DNA of 64,000 nucleotides from Selaginella moellendorffii (lineage: Eukaryota > Plantae > Lycopodiophyta): contig NW_003314437.1 of the NCBI RefSeq assembly GCF_000143415.4, forward strand, positions 30,477 through 94,476, written 5' to 3'. The first letter of the stretch is position 1. Each line of letters opens with the position of its first letter. The notes below the pieces were generated by a model, which was given only the letters and a program-made list of their open reading frames with translations, searched no databases and was not told the origin of the DNA. Below are positions 1 to 10,400 of the stretch, piece by piece. A program made the position numbers and the translations under genes.

Positions 1-820
1 TAGGCAAACCATCCGTGAGTGGTCATCTCAGATCCACTCCTTAGCATCCTTAGGATGCCCACCGACAAGGGGAATAGCCTTCCCCAATATCCCTCTGTCA
101 GTTCCCACTAAGTCCCTTTCTGCCCCTGGCCGTGTTTGCCAACACTGCCACTAGATCGAGACCCACAGGCCCGACCACTAAGTCCCACGGTCCTCTGGGA
201 CTTCCTCACCACACGACTGTGTCCTTGGTCACTACCTCAGAGGACTAATCCTCTTCCTTTCCACAGTCTGGGCCTTCGGGACAACATTTCGGAACACCGT
301 GGCCTTACGCGAGCCACCTGGGTACTCTCCTCGCCTTTCGCCTTTAGGTGCTCTAGCCATGGGCTTAGAGCGAGGTTCCGTTGAGCCACGACAGGTGTCC
401 AAGTAGGTAGTGCCACCCACACTTGGACTGGGAGCATCGGCCAGTCGATCTCCCGGGGGAACTAGAGCCGGCTCTTGAACACTTCACCAAGCTACCCCAC
501 TTGTCGGTCTGTGTTCACTCTAGTCTTGGACTTCCCAGTGGGCAGCTCCTCACTCAACACTGGGTCCGGCCTTCCTGGGCCAAACTGGCCTTTCCTGGCC
601 AAACTGGCTCCACTGCAGTCCTCCCCCTACTATACTTTTGGAGCTCACCAAACCCCCCAGGGTCTGGGAGACGAACGCTTTGGGCTTTCACCCTCTCAGG
701 CTCCGGACTCGGACTCGGACTCGGACTCGGACTCGGACTCGGACTCGGACTCGGACTCAGACTCGGACTCGGGCTTGGGCTCGGTCTCGGCCTCGGCCTC
801 GGTCTCGGTCTCGGTCCCGA

Positions 821-864
<44 letters not shown>

Positions 865-1432
865 CCGGTCTCGGTCTCGACTTCGGACTCCATCTCGGAC
901 TCCATCTCGGACTCCATCTCGGACTCCATCTCGGGTCCATCTCGGGTCCATCTCGGACTCCATCTCGGACTCCATCTCGGGTCCATCTCGGACTCCATCT
1001 CGGACTCCATTTCGGGTCCCTCTCGGGTCCACCTCGGACTCCATCTCGGACTCCATCTCGGGTCCATCTCGGACTCCATTTCGGGTCCATCTCAGGTCCA
1101 CCTCGGACTCCATCTCGGACTCCACTTCGGACTCCAACTCGGGTCCATCTCGGGTCCACCTCGGACTCCACTTCGGACTCCAACTCGGGTCCATCTCGGA
1201 CACTCCCACGTGTCATGTGTTGGCCCTTTTGGGTCCCCTTTTGGAGCCTCGCCTTTTGCTCGCTTCGTGTTCGTTCCTCGAGCACTTCGTTGGGAGTTCC
1301 ACTCCCGCTCTTGACTTTTCAAGTCGGAGCTTTTGGTCCAAACGTGTTACGCTCGTTTGGCTCTCGCTTCGGCCACTACCATGTGGCGCCCTTCCGGCTC
1401 CACTTTGGGGCCTAGGGATTTTGTGTCTCACA
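1..1432 (-). mobile_element. LTR of family 1 (satellite-bearing LTR), runs off the left window edge; inserted just 3' of the transposase ORF of DNA transposon copy A
   Basis: Reverse complement of the LTRs at 45629, 50661 and 61206; its 5' terminus TGTGAGACAC is at 1432 on the minus strand. The flank (tatta...) resumes the transposon sequence seen uninterrupted at 23137 in copy B. Confidence 0.9.
704..1200. repeat. Hexamer/dodecamer microsatellite array inside family-1 LTR (GGACTC, GGTCTC, GGACTCCATCTC units)
   Basis: Directly visible; equivalent arrays of variable length at ~18995-19495, 45860-46265, 46484-46890, 50890-51265 and 61440-61806. Confidence 0.95.
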
Positions 1433-1434
1433 TA

Positions 1435-4400
1435 TTAATGAATCTCACCTTGAACCCGAGTTATGAATGCTCTTGCTGCATCTCTTGCATGGTCTGGCAA
1501 GGTGATGGTGGCACTCTGCTTCCGCATCCAACCATGCACAACATTATCCACCGATATGCTCATGCTGGGATCCCTTGGATTCAGCACCCATCTCTTTTCT
1601 AGGCAATCCTTCGTATATCCGGAACTTGGCTTGAACCACTCCACAGTTACATTGAAGGAGTTAGTTTCCGCGTCCTCCTCTGCATCAGTGATGCAGCGCC
1701 CCACCCATATCATTTGTTTTTTATTACTGGGTCTGACAAGCACGACCATTCCTTTGCAGACCTGTACTGGATTGAATGCTGAATCCGGCTTCTTGTTCCT
1801 CGGCCCACAATAGTGATCCTCAACATCGTTATCTGTCACTGCATTTCCAGAGGACATTGTTCCGCTACTATCTGGTGCTCTGGGTTCTGGCCAAAAGGAC
1901 TCTTTCAATTCTTCATATACAACCAGCCCATTTTGGATAGCAGATATAATCTTCTCCCAGTATTCGAGCAAAGGCTTGCACCTCTGAAAATAGGATTCTC
2001 CACCAAACACCAACCCCCTCTTCCAGAAGGCAATATGCTGTCTAATCCCGGCCACTATACTTTCCTGGTCTTTGAGTCCATCCGGGTGCATCGGCCGTGG
2101 GGAACCCTGAGGAATCATAGGTTCCCCAGTTATGGGATCTCTCTTGAAGAGTTCAATGCCGTCCACTGGCAGCCACACTGTGTCCCATTCTCTCATCTTG
2201 TACCTCATCACTGGAGCACCGTCACACATGCTGAAATGAAACTGAAGAGGCTTGGAGTGGCCAATCAGCGTTTCGGATCCATCCCTGATGTAGCCTCTTA
2301 CAAACCCCTTAAAGTCTGGAACCTCTGTCAGAAGTGCAGCTTCAACAGTGCCTTTGATGCAATTTTGGAATTCATCGTAGAGTTGTGGGAGGGTGAGGAC
2401 ATTGGATCGCCGGAGGGACTCTGCCAGGTGACTGAACATGGCATCGACGTCTTCATGAGTGTGCCCAACCATGAGAAAGCCAAGTGTAACCGTTTCAAAT
2501 ATGCCTTTGGCAACAAGCATCGCCAAGTACGCGAAGACGTACATGTTTTTGTTCTCACTGCCAGCATTGTCTGTTTGGAGCAGAAGATGGGGTGGAAGGC
2601 CACATCGGCCGCAAGAACTTCCTTGAGATTCTGCTTCGTTTGGATGAGGCTGTGCATTCACCGGGCGACCAGCCTCGTCGGAATGGCATGAGGCCTCACG
2701 TGATAACCCTACAATCTGACGGCCAACATATTCACTGGGATGGCATGGGGCCCCACGCGATACTGCAAGCCTTTGCTCCTCCTCCAGCTGAACCCTGTAT
2801 GGGGTTCGATCGACAAGGGCCTTATGCAAGGGTTGGCCGTTCAGCTCAGTCTGCGCACTTTGCAGAGACCTTAAGTGTTTTGCTAGGGACGCAATCATCA
2901 TGTTTGCACCCCCGCCACCCCATAGAGGTACAAAGAAGTTCCCATAGTTCTGGGCACCATGCCCATGAGCGATTATGCCAAACAGAGACACAGGCAGCTG
3001 CATGGATGAAGAGATTGCCTTGGGGGCAGGATTGAGTCGAGGTAAGCACGTCTTTTTCTGGTCCATTTTGTCGTGGATGATGCAGAGGTAAGAGTCAGGT
3101 CTCTCCATGGAGAGAATCCTGTTATGATAATATGCAGTCCTGCAGCTTCTCTGCTCGATGTTGTGGTCGAGCCGCCTTCTAACCAACGTCTCTCACTCTT
3201 GAGCGCTGCAAGAATTCTTCGACAAAGCCATTTTGATAGCAGTGCACTCGTCACACTTTGAAAAGCTGGAGTACTTTCCTATACTCACATCCCTGAACTT
3301 GTTGCTCCACAATCTACTAAATCTAGATTGGCTCAGCTTCCTGTAGCCATTACTCTGGAGTTCCCGATTCACATCTTCCAATATGGCCCCCTTGGTATAC
3401 ATGGAAGGGAGAACTCGTTGGGTGTCTCGTGTTCCATCTTCCAAGAGGCGGGTTTTATGTGGTTGCTGCTCGCTACATGTCTCGACAAACCTCTTGAAGA
3501 TTGCCTCTCCATATACAACATGACCCCTGGTTTTGTGCGTACCGTCGTTCCCATGGACTGCCTGTTGAACCCTTTGTTCCTCGAACTCAGTTTTGATTCT
3601 GTAGAATGTGGTTCGAGGGACTCCATAAATGATTCTCCATGCCTTCATGCAGACCAAACCCCTCTGGAAGACCATGCCCCCCACCTGATGTTCTGAAGCA
3701 TCAACAGATGACCGTAATGCCTCATACACAAAATTGCGAGCTGCCTTCCAGGACAATGTCTTGTATCTTGCTCTCTCCTCTTCAATAGCATCCCAATCAG
3801 CATGTTGACAGCACCTCCTCTTGCAACAAGCAACTGTCGAGACCATTCGAACCTCCATCGCCATTTTCTGCCTTTTCGGTTCGTTGCTCAGATCCCTTTG
3901 GCTGCGCTTTAGGAAGGTGTACTTTCTTTTCCCATGAAGAGATGTTCTGTCATCAGTTGTAGTGGTGTTTGATTGTGAATCCTTCACATTCTCAAACACT
4001 AAGTGCCTCAATTTCCACCGCACAATGCTTCCAATAGTCAGACTGTTTTCTTCTGTGTCAACAACCTCTAAAATCGCAACTCCAATATCATCCCAGCCCA
4101 ATTCTTGAATAGCAACCGCATCTCTTGGATCGACAACTGTGGCTAAGCCCTCAGCTACCACCTCCCCCTCGGGGTTGTTTAGAAACACCTTGGCCTGAAT
4201 CCATGTAGCACGGTTCTTAAGATCCACGGAGGGAACATGCGTCGCACTTGCGCTGTCCCCAACATCTGCTTTCTTCTGAAGATTTTTCAAGGCAACAACA
4301 ACATTTACCCCGACGACCATCTCTCCTCGTTCAATAGCGACCACATTCCCATCGAAGACAGTCTCTACTGATACAGCAGCATTGCCTTCCCCAAGCCTTT

Positions 4401-4503
4401 GACAGTGTATAACAAAGTTCCGATCCATAGACACAAGGGTCCCTTTTGCAACTCTCTTCCCACCATTCAAAATGTAAACCTTTTCCCCAACCCTGAAGGC
4501 CAT
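1435..4503 (-). pseudogene. Sola1/DUF7869-like DDE/D transposase, copy A (one premature stop)
   Basis: ORFs 3193-4503 and 1435-3186 are in one frame, split by TGA at 3193-3195 (CGA in copies B and C). Motifs: CCKRRCC, VCMKAW..IYG, KCDEC, IIHDKMDQ, LQTDNAGSENKN, FLMVGHTHEDVD. Confidence 0.85.
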
Positions 4504-5835
4504 TCTGAAAGTGCAGAAAAGAAGTTAAGACCATACAAAAAATGATTGGAGAATGGCCTAAATCATAACATACCAAACAACCTCAATAGCATGAGGCCAC
4601 ATGCCATTATTCAAACATGCTATTGACACCCACGTGAAATTTCGCATTCACAAAATTGGCATGAGCCCTCATGCCATCTTGATATACACACAGCTGCAGG
4701 CAAGTAAAAACATACATGACAATACGCTAGCCATGAAATTGCAAGGGCCCAAGATGGCATGTGGCCTCATGCCATTTCTAAATGTGGTCCTAAGCCATTC
4801 CATGGTGAACATACCAGGAAGCACAAGTGCCGAATATCAAGAGGAAGCGGTAGCCACACCAAAGACAGTGCCGCTCGCAACACTGCAACTACTCGTAGCG
4901 CCGCTCGCAACACCGCAACTGCTCGTAGCGCCGCTCGCACAAACTGCCACTCGCATAAACTGCCGCTCGCAATGGCGCTCGCAATGCCGCAACCGCTCGT
5001 AGACACATAAACCACAGCCCACAACGCCGCTTACACAAGCAGCGCTCACTGCGCTCAGCGGAACCAAGAACACGGCGCACAAAAATGATAGACCTAGGAA
5101 TGAGTTCGAGAATTCAAAAATAACACACGCTTGAACGTCACATCAAATCCTCTGACAAACCAGATCTTATGATTCCTCTGACAAATTTCAAACTGAGTAG
5201 CTTCTAGACTTTGCTGTCGGAGGTTGAACTTTGTCACATCATGTCCTTGCCTCGATCCAGCTGTGCCATGTCAGTGATTCGAACTTTGCCATGCCATGTC
5301 AGCGATCCGCGCCAAGATTATTCGCCGTGTAAAGGAATAATTACGCTGTGTGTGTACGTCCATTTATGGCAATATAAGGCCACACGCCATTCAAAGAATA
5401 ATGCTCGACATAAGGCCACACGCCATTCAAAGAATAATGCTAGTCGAGCATTTTTTGGTGCATTTTTGGGTTCAAAATTGCATGAGCCCACACGCTATAA
5501 AGTTTACCTGTACCAAAAATAGAAACAGCTTTATTTACTTGGGAATTTAAGTGGTTGAGGCATTTTTAAACTTACAAACACATGCCCTACTTACATTCCT
5601 TTGGTTGCCTAAAATTCAAAAATATTATAAACCTTTCTTTTTGCATTTTCAATGTTTTCAATTATGGTTTTTGATTTTCGTAGGACCAGCCTAGTAATCT
5701 ATTTGCATCCCGTCATGTTTATAGCTAGCTTTCGTTCGTCCCCTTCGCTAGCCTGAGATACATCTGCTCGGCATCTGCCTCTTACAGCATTTGCCCAGAA
5801 AGGGCATCTTTCTTCACGCAGCATTTGCCACATGA

Positions 5836-5867
5836 TTAGGGTTTAGGGTTTAGGGTTTAGGGTTTAG
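5836..5867 (+). repeat. Interstitial plant telomere repeats (TTTAGGG)n within the transposon's divergent intergenic region
   Basis: TTAGGG(TTTAGGG)3TTTAG in copy A; shorter arrays at ~27099-27121 (B) and ~38943-38968 (C, reverse strand). Confidence 0.9.
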
Positions 5868-7464
5868 CAATTCAGTAGCTTGATAAACATGCAAATACAG
5901 AACTTGATGCAAAATCCTTTGATATGTCACAATGCCCCTAGGACCATAAATACATTTCAATAGAGAGGGTCCTTTCATTTCATAACTCCTTACGTAGATC
6001 TTGGTGAAACCAGAGTTAGTGAAGTTAGTTTCTTGTGATCCCGCATCTGATTGTGATGTCCCTTTGCAGTTTCGATGGAAAGGTCAATGCACACCAAACT
6101 GTAAAATCTTGGAGCAAAATAACGGTCGGATCTATGGCAAATGCCCCTGAAACATTGTAAGGCTCGTGTGGTCTCATGTGGTGTCCGATTGAGATGCTTC
6201 TTTGCAGGGTCATCAAGAAAGACATTGTATACCATTCTGTAAAATCTAGTTGCGATCTAACGGTTGGATCTCTAGAAAACTAAAAAAAATCTCGCGCGTG
6301 TCAGAATATCCTAGGAATATACTCCTATGTGCCCCTGAAAATGGCATGCGGCCCCACGCCATTCAAGAGATAACGGCAGATGACGCCGATAATTTTTTGG
6401 TGCATTTTTTGGGTTCAAAATTGCATGAGCCCACACGCTATAAAGTTTATCTTTGCCAAATAGAGAAAAGTTTATCTGTGTCATGTGAGGTAGTTACAGT
6501 CCTTTGTGCTCGGCATCTGCCTCTTGCAGCATTTGCACTGAAAGGGAATTTTTCTCCATTCAGCATTTGGCCCTGAAAATGGCATGCGCCCACACGCCAT
6601 TCAAGGAATAACGCCACAGGATGCCTGGATTTTTGGGTTTAAAATGTTTAGGGTTTTTTGGGTTTTTTCAAAATATTTTGGGTCCAACGTTTTTTGGGTT
6701 TCTTTGGTTCAAAATTGCATGAGCCCACACGCTATAATATTGATTTGAGAGAAAAATAGAAACAGATAGAATTTCTTTATTTAGCTGAACATCTGCCATT
6801 TTTGGAAATACAAGATGCTTTGGAATATCCAATCATGCATGGTATAAATATAGCGAGGGTATTAAATGATATCCCAATCATGATCTTTCTTTTGGATTTC
6901 GCGTGCATGCAGTCCGAGGAATGATGACGTTGCGGATTTCTTTTGGATTTTGCGTGCTTGCATGCGCGCGGCAATCCAGAAATTAATGGTGGCGCCTAAG
7001 TCCGAGGAATGATGACGTGGCGGGATTACCAACCGTTGTGACATTTCGCGCGTGTGAGGTTAGGTTTTGCATTTTGCTTTGTACTCGCGCTTGCACACTC
7101 GCGCTCGCGCTCGCATCACACTCGCGCTCCCGCTCGCATCGTGCTCCCACTCGCGATCACGCTCACTTCTCTACAGGTTTCTCGTGTGCATCGGCGTCCA
7201 CTCGCGCTTGCATCACACTCGCGCTCGCATCGCGCTCGTGTGCATCGGCGTCCACTTCAAGACACACCCAGTTTGTAACTTCGCCGCCAACTCCACCGCC
7301 CACTCCACCACCCACACGCAGCCCACTTGGCGTCCCGGGAGATTTCAGCACCACTCTCCAACTGTAAGTGGCAGAGTAGCCTTGCTGCTACGATCCGCTG
7401 CACACACAGTGCACATTCGCCAGCGAGTCCGGCCTCGATTGTCACGGCCTCCATTCGGCTTCAA

Positions 7465-10400
7465 ATGGTAAGTCTTTTAGATGAAGTAGAAAATGGCATG
7501 AGGCCACATGCCATTCAGTAGCAACATTGGCATGCACCGATTGGGCTCTCGAGTGGAGTCCGGTTACAGATGGCGTGTAGCCTCACGCCATCTTAGGATG
7601 CAGCCTCAAGACATCTGATGCAGTGGTGAATGGCGTGTGGCCTCACGTTATTTCCAGCTGCTAGCTTTTCATCTGTCAGCTCTAATTGTTGTGCATTTTT
7701 GAACAGGCGAGGAATTGCGTTCTTCTTCCAGCCACTGTCAATGTGGATGCAGAGAAGGGGGAGGAGCTCACCAGTTGGACTTTCGGGATGGAAGGCGAGG
7801 ATCTGATGCTGTACAACACAGATGGTGGGAGAAAAGAATGCATGGGGATCCTCATCCAAGTGACAGACACTCCATGCAGTTCCATGCAAGAATATGGACT
7901 GGCACTTGTGGTAGAGACAGCGTCCGCCTTCAAGATCCACCTTGCACATCCTAGCGGCTTCCCGGAGGGGGGCAGCGGCTATGAGGAATTCCTAGAGGGA
8001 GCTAGGGAGAGGTTGTCCAGAAGGCCCACAATTTCAAAGACGCTGCGGGTCTATGAAGATCACATGGAATCCACGGACCTCACCTACGGCGATGTTCAAA
8101 AACTATATTCCAACATTGAGCCGTTGAGAGTGCCTCCAGTTTGCGAAGCGAAGGGGAAGGGGGTCGATCTGGAAACTACCCCGAAGCAGAAAAGGGTGGT
8201 CAAGCTCAAGCCGACGTCCGACTCTGCTGCTCCAAAAAAGAAGCTACTCGGTGATGCCATTGCCTCGGGTTCGAACACTACACCCACCAAAAAGAAGAGC
8301 CGCAAAGAGCAGAAAGAGCAAGAAGAGGCAGCAAAAATCGTCGCAGATAATAGTACTTGTTACTATTCCAACAAAGTATATACAATCGACGTGAGCCGTA
8401 TCGACATCCAAAGCAAATACAACCACAGGCTAGTATCTGATGAGTGGGTGGAGAAACTGAAGCAGAAGATGCTGGCAAGTCCAGTAACACCCGACATCGC
8501 AGACGTGATCCCCTACTACCGAACAATGAAGGGCGAGACGAGGTTTCCAGACTTGATCAATAGGAAGGTGTTGGACGATCAGAACATCCGGTTCTATGCC
8601 ATCTCCGGGCAGCATTCTAGCTTGGCGATGCAACAGATAGTTGTGGATATTATGGTGGGCGAGGAGGTGAAGAAAGTCTTCAAGACAAGAGTTGTCCGCC
8701 TGATAAAAGGCAACTCGCCCCTCCGATCTATCATATACATCTCCCACGCGCAGAATGTCAAGCAAGAAACGTGCTACAAATCGGGTCTGCACGAGACATT
8801 GGCACGAACACGGAAGCTCTGGGTTCAACTGAAGAAGCCACAAAAACCAGGACAAGGACGTGCACTAGCAACTAGCGCCTGGCAGGTAAGCCTCGTTGCA
8901 TGTGGCATAGCATGTGGCCTCACGCCATTTCCATTGCAGGAATTCTCGAGTCTTCTCTCGAAAACACTGGGGGTCAATGACACACTCAGCATCCATAACA
9001 TTCTACACGCGACAAAAGTTGTTTTTGACAAATGGGTAGATGTGCTAAGGAGGTACCATGACGGGGAGTTGCTAAACTCAATGGGTGTGGAGGACGGCCG
9101 GAAGCCCAATGATTTGAAGCTCAACGCCTTGCGTTTCTCGCGGTCTCTAGACGACGACGACCTTCTGACAGTGGCTAATGCTCTTCTACTTGGTGAGGTA
9201 GTCTTCAACAAGACCAAAATGACTCCCGGCCATATTGTGACATACGAGGACTTGTGCACGACTCTGAGAGCTCGTGCGCTATTGAAGGATTGGATCTTCG
9301 AGCAAGTGGCCGTGGCGAGGGTGAGCATCGACACCACGCAAGAGATGATGGAAGAGCTGGACTTGTCAAATGAAGACATCGACGAGTACGTGAAGGGGGC
9401 CCCCAAGTTCATCGATCTGCTGCGGGATGCCACGAAAAGTAAAGCTGAGAAGTTGGATTAGTATCCAAATTTCATTAAGAGGGATGTCGACCGCCGGCTT
9501 CAGAAACAGCTCGACCCCGCAGCAGAGGCCTATCGAGAACCTTACCGGGTATACGTGAATTCGGATGAGGATCAAAGGTGGAGGAGCATCGTTTCCCGCG
9601 GAGATGAGCAGGTCAAGAACATCTTTTGTGTGATGGACTTCACAAACGAGGAGATCACTCATGCAGACGAAGTCAGCTCCATCATTGACTTAATGGTGGG
9701 ACTTGCGGAGGTGGAATCTTCAGTCCACTATATGATCTACGACTCCGAATCCTATCACAAGTTCTGGAAGGCCTTGAACGAGGTGAAGGCTCGGTTGAAA
9801 GGCAAGGAGATGCGGGAGATCCATGGGATAATGGCTAAGAAGAAGATACCGACGAATGTCCGCATCTTCACAGTCGCCCTTGTTATTGGTCCTGCAGCAG
9901 AGTGGGACTGGAGTGACTTCCCAGCTTCGTTCAACAAAGCCGATCGAATTGATCTGAGGGAGGTCAATTTACCCGTGCCTGAGGAACTGAAGACGGCTAT
10001 GGAGCTTTCGAATCCAAAGAAAGCTCCAGGTGCAGCATGGGAAATGCTCAGCTGGGTCTTCAACACAATAGCGGGTGACTCCAAGGGCAAATGCGTTGTC
10101 GAGTACAACTGCGGCGGACTATTCTTTCGAGCCGTACTACTCAAGGGTGTCCCGTGTGTTGCGGTGACAAACTCCATTGAAGAGGTGACTTCAATGGAGC
10201 ATATAATTACAGTTGCCAAAGAAAAACAGTATCTTCTCTACGAACCTGGTGAGTACGCACTTTAAGTTTAAATGTTATCTCACAAGCTCTGTATGCAGGA
10301 GCGTGGCCACCCCCAGATGCTGAAACGGCGTTAACAGCTACTGATGTTAGGCCGAGGTCACAACCTGCACAAGGTAAGGTCACGTGAGGCCTCACACCAT

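Noticed and set aside
423-1438. Long ORFs rich in LG/SD/RS/TR dipeptides on both strands (also 18861-19769, 45646-47173, 50246-51345, 61170-62111)
   Set aside because: Artefacts of stop-free hexamer arrays inside LTRs; open in several frames at once.
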